DNA from: a virus
IMG/VR virus record: IMGVR_UViG_3300028840_003168
Length of the DNA: 64,000 nt
Direction: 5' to 3' (one strand)
This document shows, piece after piece, positions 10,448-20,816 of the stretch. The position numbers and the translations under genes are program-made. How positions within the stretch are numbered: the first letter of the stretch is position 1; every line of letters starts with the position of its first letter. Below the pieces are notes generated by a model that saw only the letters and a program-made list of their open reading frames with translations, was not told where the DNA came from and searched no databases.

Positions 10448-10729
10448 ATGACAATTTTTCAAGAAGGCGGCATCAGGGTTTACGATGAGAACACCAAGGA
10501 AACCTGGGACGGTATCAGGGAGCCTTCAGAGGCATTCTTAGAGAGGCTCTCAGATGTGTCTGTGAACGCCGAGATGGCCTATGCCGAGGTTATCCTGGAG
10601 TTCTTCAAGACCCTGGAACCCGAGGACCGTGATGAGGCCCTGGAATGGTTTGAGAACCATTACGAGAACGATACGGCCATGCTGTCCGAGATAGTAAACT
10701 GGATTCGCCGTGGCCTGAGGGACTGGTAA
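10448..10729 (+). CDS. acidic hypothetical protein with own promoter
   Basis: TGGTATACC and TAAGGAGG upstream. Confidence 0.75.
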   Translation: MTIFQEGGIRVYDENTKETWDGIREPSEAFLERLSDVSVNAEMAYAEVILEFFKTLEPEDRDEALEWFENHYENDTAMLSEIVNWIRRGLRDW

Positions 10730-10740
10730 AGGAGGTTCAA

Positions 10741-11037
10741 ATGAGACACGAGGACTTCATAAAAGGTGTGAACAAGAACGCAGCTAGGGCAGTTCGTAGA
10801 CGTGGTGATGCCTTGAACACTTCATACGAGGCTCAGGTGGATGTACTGAAGGGCTTTCTTGCGGAGAGGCTAGATGGTATTCAACGTGAGTTGAGTGAAG
10901 GTCCCGCAGCTGAACGTCTACCGGAAGTTTTGACAGACATGTCGGAGTTAGCAGAGTCCCTGAAGTCTCAACTGAGCGTCTTGGATATGGAATACGAAAC
11001 CCATCGAGAGATGTCCGATGCCGGGTTCACAGGATAG
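10741..11037 (+). CDS. leader-B protein
   Basis: Starts MRHEDFIKGVNKNAA; AAGGAGG SD. Confidence 0.8.
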   Translation: MRHEDFIKGVNKNAARAVRRRGDALNTSYEAQVDVLKGFLAERLDGIQRELSEGPAAERLPEVLTDMSELAESLKSQLSVLDMEYETHREMSDAGFTG

Positions 11038-11046
11038 GAGTAACCA

Positions 11047-11397
11047 ATGAGACACGAGGATTTCATAAAAGGTGTGAACAAGAACGCTGCCAAGGCCATC
11101 AGGGCTGATGTGGTTCAGCCGAAGGTTACCCAGGCCCGTATCATCTATGACGACAATTCAGACAACCCTGGGTGGTTCGTCCGGTACACTTTGTCGGATG
11201 GTCAGATACTTGATACGTCTTACGGGATGCCTGATGATCCTGAGTACCCCGAGAACGATTTGTACGATGCCGCCGACGATGCTTTATTCTATGAGGGCTA
11301 TTCCCATGATGACGTAATCTATGAGATTGTAGGCGGCAATCCTGGTGAAGGTGATCCCGACCCAGAGGGTGTGTTCCCGGACGACATCTTAGACTGA
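11047..11397 (+). CDS. leader-B acidic protein
   Basis: Starts MRHEDFIKGVNKNAA. Confidence 0.8.
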   Translation: MRHEDFIKGVNKNAAKAIRADVVQPKVTQARIIYDDNSDNPGWFVRYTLSDGQILDTSYGMPDDPEYPENDLYDAADDALFYEGYSHDDVIYEIVGGNPGEGDPDPEGVFPDDILD

Positions 11398-11416
11398 CAG
11401 AGACAAGGAGAGACCG

Positions 11417-11692
11417 ATGAGACATGAAGACTTCATCAAAGGTGTGAAGAAGAACGCTGTGAAGGCCAAGGTTGTGGTGGCCCAGGATGCAGAGAGTGGG
11501 CCTATCTACGACCACGCTTACACGGTGGCCTTCTCTGTCAAGACCCCACACGAAGCCCAGGACGTTACGGCTGAGGAGCTCCTGGATGGTTTGGCTGACC
11601 GGCTCAAGGATCTGGAAGCAACTGGCGAGGTTTTCGAGGCTGTCGGGATGCCCTACGACACTGCAAAAATCGAGGATGGCTTCATCGAGTGA
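11417..11692 (+). CDS. leader-B acidic protein
   Basis: Starts MRHEDFIKGVKKNAVKAKVVVAQ. Confidence 0.8.
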   Translation: MRHEDFIKGVKKNAVKAKVVVAQDAESGPIYDHAYTVAFSVKTPHEAQDVTAEELLDGLADRLKDLEATGEVFEAVGMPYDTAKIEDGFIE

Positions 11693-11758
11693 ACCTCCTC
11701 CTTTAATCCCCCCAACACCGTACATGGTACAATACCTTCCAGGAAAAGGAGGTACTCG

Positions 11759-12457
11759 ATGTACGAGTTCTACCCATTATGGAAACACAAATTCACAGGA
11801 GCGATTCTCCTGGGGATTCTGATTATATTCGTCACCGTGATGATGGTGACCAACGGCGCCAAAGTAAACCCGTTCACCACAACCCAGACACTCACCGCGG
11901 GAGGAGTTCTCTCAGGAACTCTACTGGTAACGACCACCATTCAAGCCATCGCAAGGTACATTCTCAGAAGAGGTATATTCCATTCCCACTTTGTCATTCT
12001 CCGGGATGGCCACACAACCAATGTTGTCTTCAGGTACGGCTCCGGGATAGCTTCCAAGTTGCTCAAGTTATGGGATGTCATACCCAAGGAAGGTGAGATC
12101 CGCCCACTGCTGAGTGAAAGTGAGAAGCTCCTGGGGAAGGCGGCTCCAAGGGTAACCTTGAACAACTTAGACCCTTACATCTTCGTGACGTTCAAAAGGC
12201 AGGGTACTTTGAAGAGTTGGGAATCCAGGGCGTCTCTCCTGCTGTGGCTGGCAGGTCTGAAGAGGTGGCAGTGGTGTGAGCTGGAATGGTTGAATGATGA
12301 CCAGCACAATACCAGGACAGGGATGAGGAACCTTCTGAGACACGAGTTGGAGCATACCATGATTGCAAGGTCATATCCCATGTGGGAGGAGAGCATGCAC
12401 CACAGGGTAATGGAGTTCTCCAGGATGGAGGAGGTCTTGGAGGATCATAATGGATGA
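11759..12457 (+). CDS. membrane protein with HExxH motif (possible zincin peptidase)
   Basis: Two N-terminal hydrophobic segments, LRHELEH near the C-terminus, AAGGAGG SD. Confidence 0.55.
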   Translation: MYEFYPLWKHKFTGAILLGILIIFVTVMMVTNGAKVNPFTTTQTLTAGGVLSGTLLVTTTIQAIARYILRRGIFHSHFVILRDGHTTNVVFRYGSGIASKLLKLWDVIPKEGEIRPLLSESEKLLGKAAPRVTLNNLDPYIFVTFKRQGTLKSWESRASLLLWLAGLKRWQWCELEWLNDDQHNTRTGMRNLLRHELEHTMIARSYPMWEESMHHRVMEFSRMEEVLEDHNG

Positions 12458-12458
12458 G

Positions 12459-12731
12459 CTACTGATCGCAGTGTGAGCAGGGTTCCTTTGCAGTCGCCTC
12501 GTCCATAGGCGTTCCACACACATGGCAGGCGTACCCTCCGATGTCCAGGGCGGTGGTGAGTATCATCCTGCGGACAGGATCGTATGACCTGAGGTAGGTG
12601 ACCTCCTCGTCGCTGGACAGCTCCTCGATGAGATGCTGGGCGGTGAGCTTCCTGATGGTGAGGATAGCTGGCTGGCCGTCGATGGTGGCCGTGTACGGGT
12701 CTTCAAACAATGGTGTGAAGTCCTGGGGCAT
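12459..12731 (-). CDS. hypothetical Zn-ribbon protein, the only convincing minus-strand gene
   Basis: AAGGAGG SD on the minus strand; CHVC...CSHC; fills the gap between + genes. Confidence 0.7.
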   Translation of the reverse strand: MPQDFTPLFEDPYTATIDGQPAILTIRKLTAQHLIEELSSDEEVTYLRSYDPVRRMILTTALDIGGYACHVCGTPMDEATAKEPCSHCDQ

Positions 12732-12799
12732 GGGGTACCTCCTTCCTATGGTAGGTATGACGGGGTGCAGGTACTTTTTCTGACAAATATGTGAATGGC

Positions 12800-12823
12800 T
12801 TCAAACTTTTTTGGTATCTTCCC
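12800..12823 (+). promoter_or_regulatory. phage promoter motif copy
   Basis: TTCAAACTTTTTTGGTATCTTCCC followed by GAGGAGG and ATG 12839. Confidence 0.75.
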
Positions 12824-12838
12824 TATGAGGAGGTACCG

Positions 12839-13552
12839 ATGAGCGAATCAAAACCAGGCAAACTGAAACCTTACAATAAGTGTACGAAGAGTGAACTGAT
12901 CGATCATCTGCGGATACGGGATTTGCAGTTGGGGGAGGAGAAGGCCAACGTCAAGTCCTACACGATAGCCTTGGACAAAGCCCAGGAGGAGCTGGAGGAT
13001 GCCATAGTCGCCAGGGAGAACCTGCTGATAGAGAAGACCCAGATGGGTGTTGACCAGGCTGCGGAACTGCACAAGGTCAGTACAGACTGTGGGGAGGCCG
13101 CGGGGTTTGTCAATAATGTGCTGGACAGGTTGATTGGTCTGGTGGCCGAGGAGAAACTGAACAGAGGGGTGTTCGAGGAAGTTTCCATGAAGCTCCACAT
13201 AGCCATCTCTCTGATGCACAGGGACTCTACTTCAACGTATGTCAAACGGCTTATAGATACCATGGAGAAGGCCAAAGCCGCGGCTGAAGGTACTCCAATG
13301 AAAAAGAGCATATCTGTGGGAGAGCCCAAGCCCATCATCCTGCACCTGGAGAAGGTGGGTAAGAAGAAGATTGATGTTATCAGGCTCATTCGGAATTACA
13401 TGGGACTAGGGTTGCAGGAAGCAAAGGTTCTGGCAGAGGATTGTACCAACTTCGGGAAGTCCATTGAGGTGTACTCACACGTTGACCTTCGGGAGATAGT
13501 CAAGGTAGCCACGGAGTTTCAGGAAGTGGGAGCGAAGGTTTACTACAAGTAG
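12839..13552 (+). CDS. coiled-coil protein with C-terminal ribosomal protein bL12 (L7/L12) CTD-like domain
   Basis: LEKVGKKKIDVIRLIRNYMGLGLQEAKVLAE...FQEVGAKV matches the bL12 CTD pattern. Confidence 0.75.
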   Translation: MSESKPGKLKPYNKCTKSELIDHLRIRDLQLGEEKANVKSYTIALDKAQEELEDAIVARENLLIEKTQMGVDQAAELHKVSTDCGEAAGFVNNVLDRLIGLVAEEKLNRGVFEEVSMKLHIAISLMHRDSTSTYVKRLIDTMEKAKAAAEGTPMKKSISVGEPKPIILHLEKVGKKKIDVIRLIRNYMGLGLQEAKVLAEDCTNFGKSIEVYSHVDLREIVKVATEFQEVGAKVYYK

Positions 13553-13565
13553 GAAGGAAGTTCTA

Positions 13566-14995
13566 ATGGAGATGTCGGGAATTGAATGTCCAAGCTGCGG
13601 TGAGGAGATGGTACTTGTTGAGGATGCAACCATGGTACCGAGGAGGAAGACCCACAAGAGGGTATGTGTCGAATGTGAGTACTTCGAGGAACATGTAGTA
13701 CCCGAGGTTGAGCAACCTGGGTTTGACCCGAAGGATGAGCCCTACGTTGAGGACAGGAGGTAGGTATGTCTGACAGTTCATATGACGAACGCATGGGTAA
13801 GGGCACACCTGATCCTTGTATTCGATGTAAGAACCTCAGGGTGGACCACGACAGGTGGTCGGTGGATATTGATTACAAAGGTCACTGTGACTGGGATGAG
13901 GACGAAGGCCGCTTGTGGGGTCATGCTCACTGCCCAAAGTTCTGTGAGGTTCAGCCTGCTGAGGAACCCGAGACTGAAGTACCTGAGCCAGAGGAAACTG
14001 AATCTACCAAAGACGAGTCCTACAGTCTGACTAAGGATGGTGATCTGCTGCTCTATTATGTATGGGGTATCGGGGGTTCTCTTGAGGAGATGGGCATCGA
14101 TTTCTCATGTGTACCTGAGGAGAAACAGGAGTGGCTTGCAGAGGCCGTTACGGAGATGGTGCAGGCTGCCTACCAGGAAGGTCAGAAGAAGGCCAGGAAG
14201 GACATCAGGAAGGCCCGAGAGGCGTACCTGGAGAGCATGGGGGTGGAAGATGCCGACTGATCCAAAAGACTTGAAGAAGATGACCAAGGCCGAACTCATA
14301 TCGAAGATTACTCGGATGGATATCCTACTCCGCAACCTGGACGAGGTGAAACCTCCTGAGAAGGTTTTCAAGACACCAAACTTCAGAGGTATCCGAAGGT
14401 TCATGGTTACCGAGGTGGCCACCCACGAAGGATCTGGAACTGAAGATGATCCGTCCCGTCTGGTATATTGGGTATATGACGATGAGGGTGAACTCATCGC
14501 CGTGACCGATACTTCTCACGAGATACACCCAAGGTTCAGGTCGCATGCAGAGAGTCTGCAAATGGAGAAATGATGACTGACTACAAACAAGTGTACGTTG
14601 AGCCCGAACCTTTTGGAGAGGTTCCAGAGCAAATCATAAGGCACATCTATTCGGTGGCCAGTATGGGTTTGAGTACTATGGAGATGCTTCCACATTGGAT
14701 TGGTGAGATGCCGCCCTATGAGGAACAGGAGATACCTTGGGTCCAGGTAACCTGTGAAGCTCGGGACGGGAAAATCATCCTTTTTACCGAGTTCCAGTTG
14801 GGTCCGTTGGCTGAGTACCTGCGGGACAAGTTCAGGTTGCCTAAGGGTTTGTCGAAGGAACCCATGTTTCTGACACCTCCTGCGAGGGTGTACTTTCAAG
14901 AGTTGGTTGCCCATGAGCTGAGGGAGCTGCTCGGGGCTGGCAAGTTAGTCAAAGGAAGCGACCGCTGGGTGTTTAATGGAGGAGAAACCAAATGA
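13566..14995 (+). other. four hypothetical CDSs (13566-13763, 13766-14260, 14250-14573, 14570-14995)
   Basis: Coupled ORFs with SD sequences. Confidence 0.65.
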
Positions 14996-15645
14996 AAGTA
15001 ATTGAACCATACATTGAATACATCCTGTTCCACAGACCTGAAGGTTTGTCCATGGAGGAGTGCCTGGAGAGGGCTGGAAGGACCTGCTACAAGTCCGAGG
15101 ACAAGATAACCGATGAGAGCGCACCCAAGTTTGTGAGGATGCTCAGGAAGCGCGGACACCATGCCATGCTGGAACATGCCATCGCCACGGTCAAGTTCGT
15201 GGCTGACCGCGGTCTGACCCATGAGCTGGTCAGACATCGGCTGGCTTCCTTCGGCCAGGAGAGTACGAGGTACTGCAATTATTCCAAGGGCAAATTCAAT
15301 AGTGAGATAACTGTGGTGCAGCAACCAGGGTTGGAGGAGCATAAGTTTCCACGTAGAAGGGCTTTATGGGTTAAAGCCATGGAAGATGCAGAACGTCATT
15401 ATTTTGAGTTAATTGAAGCAAAAGTTCCACCAGAGATAGCCCGTTCGGTACTCCCCATCGGGCTCAAGGCCGAGATAGTGATGACCGCCAACCTCAGGGA
15501 GTGGCGCCATGTGTTCAAGATGCGCTGTGACAAGTATGCCCATCCGATTATCCGAGGTCTGATGTTGCAGGTACTGGCAAGGTTCAATGAGGAGATTCCA
15601 TCGGTGTACGAGGATCAGGCTGAGGAATTCCTGAAGGAGGGCTAG
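14992..15645 (+). CDS. thyX: FAD-dependent thymidylate synthase
   Basis: GHHAMLEH, THELVRHR..SFGQESTRY, ARSVLP and TANLREWRH motifs. Confidence 0.95.
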   Translation: MKVIEPYIEYILFHRPEGLSMEECLERAGRTCYKSEDKITDESAPKFVRMLRKRGHHAMLEHAIATVKFVADRGLTHELVRHRLASFGQESTRYCNYSKGKFNSEITVVQQPGLEEHKFPRRRALWVKAMEDAERHYFELIEAKVPPEIARSVLPIGLKAEIVMTANLREWRHVFKMRCDKYAHPIIRGLMLQVLARFNEEIPSVYEDQAEEFLKEG

Positions 15646-16101
15646 TGTCACTTTTTATCGAAGAGGAAGTTTGCAGTAGGTGTACACATGCGGTGTTCCA
15701 TCAATGTTGTGAAAAGTTTTGTTACTGCCTTTTGGGGGAGGAACCCGATTTGGTGAAAGGTAAGTGCGAGTACTACGCCCCGCTATATGACATCAAGGCT
15801 GAGAAGTCTTTAAAGGAAGGTACCAATGAAGATTAGTTGCGACATCACAGTCATGGTCCTGATACACGGCGACGGGTATGGTCATGACGATATAGTCGGA
15901 GTCTTCAGCTCGGACGCCAAGGCCATTGCGTACCTACAGAAGGAGAATGTAGGGAGGAAATGCTGGAAGTGCAAGGATGGTACGATGTACGTAGGGGATA
16001 ACTTCGGTTCGGAACTGTTTGTGTGTCCAAAGTGTGGGTATGCCCATGATGGCGGTTACTGGACTGAGGACTACGAAATAGATGAGGAGGTTTTGGGATG
16101 A
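15645..16101 (+). other. two small Cys-rich hypothetical CDSs (15645-15836, 15826-16101)
   Basis: Coupled ORFs with CxxC motifs. Confidence 0.6.
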
Positions 16102-16298
16102 CTGAACCTCTCAGGGTGCCTAAGGAGTTTGAGGAGTACTGCATGTCAGCCCGAGAGGTATCCGAGTTCCTTGGCGTACATAGGAACACTGTCTGCAATT
16201 GGGTAAGGGACGGCAAGATACCTTACATCCGCATTGGGAGAAGGAAGTTGATGTTTCGCAAAGTCGATGCAGAAGGGATGCGTGTACAACATGACTGA
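16098..16298 (+). CDS. excisionase-like (MerR/HTH_17) DNA-binding protein
   Basis: MSAREVSEFLGVHRNTVCNWVRDGKIPYIRIG...F. Confidence 0.85.
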   Translation: MTEPLRVPKEFEEYCMSAREVSEFLGVHRNTVCNWVRDGKIPYIRIGRRKLMFRKVDAEGMRVQHD

Positions 16299-17698
16299 AC
16301 TTGACAAGGTATTCAAGAAAGCCCACGGGATGATCACCCGCATCCACCAGGGTATCTTCGACATAGAGAAGCTCAGGTTGCCCGTGGTGGCCATTCTCAT
16401 GGCTCCCGAGGACTACAAGCTATTCCTGACTTATCTGACTAATGAGTACCCTCTGGGCCACGTCATGCTCTCCAGCCACGATACCTTTCGGGACATTCCG
16501 ATTCTGGTGGTACCCGGCGCCAAGCTCAAGGTACTGACCTCGGCCTACGAGGAGTACATGAAGCTCCCCGATGTGGAGCCCTTGCACATGATTAGGAGGA
16601 TGCCTGATGTCTGAAATCAAAGTCGGAGAGGTCTACGAAGAACGGGTACAGGTGGAAGTAGTTGGTGTGTACCCGAAGGACAACGCAGAAGGACCGCGAA
16701 ACGAGGTTCATACCTACGAAGTTGGCACAGGAGCACGAATGCATTTCACCCTTGAAAGTTTCAAGAACAGGTTCAAACCTGTAGATTTTGAAGATGAAAC
16801 CACCGACAGCATCCCCGTGGGAGGTCTCCGTTCATGGGATGATGTCCTGTTCGAGTCCTGCATACCGATCATGAAAGAGGTGGATAGGATAAATGAGATC
16901 TGCAAGAGTACCCGGACAAAGTACACTGCCAAGGAGTTCCACGAAGCTGAACTGGCCGCATTGGAGGTTGCAGTGCGTATCAAGCTCAAAGCCTACAGAC
17001 AGTGGAAGGAGATGGAGGGCGATAAGGTATGAAACGCCGAAAGTTCTTCAAAGCACTGGGAATAGGTTTTGGAGGTGCTGTTCTCCTGAAGGACTGGAAA
17101 CCTCCTGTGGCGGACACCATGAAATACATCAGGTTGAAGCCTGGTGAGATCAGGTCCATGTACCTTCCTCCAAAGGGCAGGGAGGTACTCGGCGTGAACG
17201 TGACCTTCACAAACCCGACAGACCAGACAGTCTCTATTCCGATGGTAACTTTCAAATAACTCATCCACTTCAAACTTTTTTGGTATATTCCTTATAGATG
17301 GAACCCAAAGCACCCATAGAAGTCAGGTTCAAGCCAGCAGAGTTCGGCTTGTGGGAAAATGTGTTTATTGAGTTCATCGTCAAGTTGGAGTTACGTCAGG
17401 CCGGGATACCTTTGGACAAGGGGATCATCCACAGGTGGAGGGATCTCCAGACGGACGAGGAAGTGTTTTTGTGGAGAAACGAATGACCACTAGATTGATA
17501 ATCAGCATAGACCTAGGCGACACCTGTGAAGAACGGGAGAGGGCCTACAAACGTTACCAGGACAGGGTTGCCCGATGCGAGTACAGGTTTCCTGTGAGCA
17601 TTGCAGGAAATTTGGTCATCCAGAGGTTACAGAACAAAGGAAATGAGAGAGTCATTGAGTGTGACTTGGATGGTATATTTATGGAGGAGGACTTTTGA
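16291..17698 (+). other. hypothetical CDSs (16291-16614, 16607-17032, 17029-17259, 17298-17486, 17483-17698)
   Basis: Coupled ORFs. 17029 begins with a twin-arginine-like MKRRKFFKALG. Confidence 0.6.
17269..17291 (+). promoter_or_regulatory. phage promoter motif copy
   Basis: TTCAAACTTTTTTGGTATATTCC; ATG lies 8 nt after the -10, so possibly leaderless. Confidence 0.75.
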
Positions 17699-18128
17699 AT
17701 CCAACCAGGAACAGCTTCAGCGAACCTAAATCAGCCATGAGCGCGATGGTGCCGAGGGGCCGAGGGTCCCTCTCCGACCAGAGTGTTGGAATCCATTAGT
17801 CATGACCGTGTGTTTGGCTGTAACGCTGCTTCAGGGACGCTTGAAGGAAAGAGTAGGTGATGAGGTTCGAGTACGGTATCACGAGGAAGTGCTACCGGAA
17901 AATCCTGATAAGGATGCCTCTTCGGAACTTCTAGCTGTTCCTGGTTGGATTTGAAAGAGGCGAAGAAAGATGATTAACCTTTCATGGGTGGTCTTAGTGG
18001 TATTCATCATCCTGAAATTGGTGGATGTCATAACCTGGAGTTGGGGATGGGTGCTGTCACCACTATGGATTATTATCCTGATAGCGATATTGTGCGGAAC
18101 GTTCAGCAACTCTTCCTGGGAGGACTAG

Positions 18129-18688
18129 GTGGACTACTTCGTTCTATACTTTGCGATAACAATTACTCTGGGAATGCTGGCTGGTCTCTTGTTGGCCAAA
18201 GATGAATTCTACGATGGGATTTCGGTCATGGAGATCCTTTTTCTATGTTGGGTTCATATGGGATTCGGTGTCATACTTGGAATATTCTCACCATTTATCC
18301 TGGTTATTGTTGTACTCCACAACATCAAGGTTGTGGATGGCTGGCCGACATGGAAACCTGGATTTAGCTTGTTGAACTGGAAACAGGGAGTGAAAGAATA
18401 CCTGGGGTCATTGGGATAGAGGAGAACAGAATGTCGAAACTGAAAGAAATAGTTGCTTCATTAATGACGGGCAGCACCTATGATGAACATGGTGCCACCA
18501 AGCAGGCCAGGAAGAGGATCGCTCGGGCTAAACAGTGGGAGAACATCGAGCATGACCGCAAGAACCAGAGATGGTGGAGGAAGTGGCAGCTCACGGTCAT
18601 TGAGGGCAAGACCAAGGAGGAGTTTGAGAAGGCCGAGGAAGTGATCTCAGAGAAGTTCCGCGGTAACATTCACAGGTACAGTACCTGA
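18129..18688 (+). other. two hypothetical CDSs (18129-18419 membrane protein; 18431-18688)
   Basis: GGAGG and AGGAG SDs; hydrophobic segments in the first. Confidence 0.65.
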
Positions 18689-18694
18689 AACTTT

Positions 18695-19050
18695 AAGGGG
18701 TAGTCGTGCAATGTTTTCTTTGCGTGTGTTCAAGAAGTTTTACCCCTGGCTTATGTGTCCGCTTGGCGCAGCTCCGCACACGCAGAATAGGGCCTCCCGG
18801 TTCCTGGGCTCTATGGCTTGGCTGACGAATCATGACTAAAGCGGCATGATGACATTGCATGATGAAAACAGAACGGGTGACCTGGGTAAGGCAGAGAGCG
18901 CACAAGGGTTGGTATTCCCGATGACACTCTTTGGCTGTGTATGTGTGCGTAGGCAGCCAGTACCTGGTTCGACTCCAGGCCCGTTCCCCGAGCGATGCCG
19001 GTGATGCCAAAGATGCCCCCCACATCCCAACCGGTACACCAGCATCGCTC
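18695..19050 (+). ncRNA. structured non-coding RNA region
   Basis: Intergenic, with several complementary pairs (18704-18714/18852-18862; 18990-18998/19042-19050) flanking a tRNA-like fold. Confidence 0.5.
18871..18987 (+). tRNA. atypical tRNA-like element (enlarged anticodon arm, long variable arm; anticodon not assignable)
   Basis: Acceptor GAACGGG/CCCGTTC, canonical T-arm CCTGG-TTCGACT-CCAGG, D-arm-like CCT-GGGTA-AGG, variable stem TGGCTG/CAGCCA. Confidence 0.55.
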
Positions 19051-19057
19051 ACTTCTT

Positions 19058-19080
19058 TAAACTTTTTTGGTATATTACCT
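19058..19080 (+). promoter_or_regulatory. phage promoter motif copy
   Basis: TAAACTTTTTTGGTATATTACCT, then AGGAGG and ATG 19097. Confidence 0.75.
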
Positions 19081-19096
19081 TTGCAGGAGGAAAACT

Positions 19097-20063
19097 ATGG
19101 GAATGAATCCAGACACAAATAGGTTTGAGATGCTCGTTACCGAAAGCCAGAAGAAGTCATTGGCAGAGGCTATCCAGGAGAACCAGGATCGGTTTGCAGA
19201 ACAAGCTGTGGCCAAGTTGATGCGACCAGATGGAACTCCAGTACCAAAGCATTGGTCGGTGTTCAGGGTTGGCGAGAAAGTAGTCATCAAGGACTACACC
19301 TTCAAAGTGGCGTACATTGGTGAGTCCAACATCCTCTTCGAGCCGGTGGGGCCTGTGGTGATCGGTGAGGCTTCCGAATGAGAGCCAAACTCAGTACTGA
19401 CGGTTACCTGAGTGTGCTTCGCAGTAATGGAGGTTACAAACGCCAGGTCTGTCCTTTCAGGGAGAAGTTCTGTGGTGACTCTTGTCCACACTTCAGAGAG
19501 GTTGAGATCGGATGTGACTATGAACATCAAGTGTACCTGACCTGCGGTGTGGGAGGGGCTCAGTTCAGGGTTGAGTCCAGGGGAGGTAAGAAGTGAAGAC
19601 CAAGAGGTACAAATCCCCTGAGGCCGCGTCAGCCGTCTTCTGGGGTATCTCCGAAGAGGAACTGATGGAAGGTAACATCACCAACTTTGACGAGGATGGG
19701 GAACTGTCGGAGTTCCCTGCCGAGCAGGTTATGGAAGGTATCAGGAAGGTGGGCGTGTGGGGCTTTGTAGATCCTGAATGCTGCATCCACTTCTGGTGTA
19801 CCGATGACATCGATATGAAGGATCTCATCGGGTTCTTTGCCCATGAGATAGGACATCGGACGGGCAGGCCCATCTACGACCCGAAGGACTCCCTTGTAAA
19901 ACCTGATGACGTTACCGAGGAGATGCTCAAGGACTTGAAGGAAGAGGATATGGTTGATGAGGAGACCATCCTGGAAGAGGAACTCCGCGCCGAGGACTTC
20001 CGACATGTGGCAGAGAAGGCCTATCTGATGGCTTTGGAGGTGAAGGAGAAACCAAATGACTGA
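19097..20063 (+). other. three hypothetical CDSs (19097-19381, 19378-19596, 19593-20063 with HEIGH motif)
   Basis: Coupled ORFs; HExxH in the third. Confidence 0.65.
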
Positions 20064-20730
20064 AAGAGGAAAGTTCATAGTGATTGAGGGCATCGATGGT
20101 GCAGGTACCACAACCTTGGCCAGGGAGCTTGAAATACATCTCAGAGGAGAGGTTCCTGCTGTCCAGGCCACCTTCGAGCCCACGGCCACCCAGACGGGAG
20201 TGTTTATCAGAGAGTTCCTTAACGGGAAGTACCCGCTGATGGGCTGGAGAGCGATGGCAATGCTGTTCTCTGCGGACAGGTATGACCACTGCGACTGGAT
20301 TGAGGAATGGCTTGAGGCTGGCTCCTGGGTCATCTGTGATCGATATCGCTGGTCAACCTTCGCCTACCAGACAGCATCGGCGGCTGTAACCGAGTGCAAG
20401 GGTCTGGAAGGTCAGGAGAGGATGGCCTGCATGTCCCATCTCCTGGGGTGGTTGGAGAAGATCAATGCAGATGCCCTGGCGCCCGACATGACCGTCATGC
20501 TGGACATCGACCCCAAGGTGGCCCTTAAGAGGGTTGACAAAGGCCGTAAAGCCCCTCGTGAGGTTTATGAGAAGAAAGCCTTCCTGGATGTCGTGGCCGA
20601 GGTCTACGAGCGTCTGGTGGACCTGCACACCCCTTCCATGGACGGCGTACTCACCACCATCGACGCCTCCCAGTCCATCGACACCGTAACCGATGAATGC
20701 TGGGATGAGGTGAAGCGGGTTTTTCTGTAA
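20056..20730 (+). CDS. tmk: thymidylate (dTMP) kinase
   Basis: FIVIEGIDGAGTTT P-loop, FEP, LFSADR, VICDRY, AYQ and PD motifs. Confidence 0.93.
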   Translation: MTERGKFIVIEGIDGAGTTTLARELEIHLRGEVPAVQATFEPTATQTGVFIREFLNGKYPLMGWRAMAMLFSADRYDHCDWIEEWLEAGSWVICDRYRWSTFAYQTASAAVTECKGLEGQERMACMSHLLGWLEKINADALAPDMTVMLDIDPKVALKRVDKGRKAPREVYEKKAFLDVVAEVYERLVDLHTPSMDGVLTTIDASQSIDTVTDECWDEVKRVFL

Positions 20731-20733
20731 CCT

Positions 20734-20810
20734 TGACGAATTGTCAGCACCCACCCCGACCGAAAAAGTTACCTCACGGTATTGACAGGTTGTCAAGCCT
20801 CCTATAGGCT
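20734..20810 (+). promoter_or_regulatory. sigma70 promoter with two palindromic operator-like sites
   Basis: TTGACA(20782)-N17-TAGGCT; TGAC-N5-GTCA at 20734-20746 and 20783-20795. Confidence 0.6.
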
Positions 20811-20816
20811 CCCTGT

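Noticed and set aside
16098-16298. Evidence of a temperate lifestyle from the excisionase-like gene
   Set aside because: This HTH family is common without integration, and there is no integrase in the window.
18695-18990. tmRNA
   Set aside because: The 5' GGGG at ~18697 does not pair with the 3' end. The acceptor strand pairs locally with 18871-18877, and I see no alanine G-U identity pair or tag frame.
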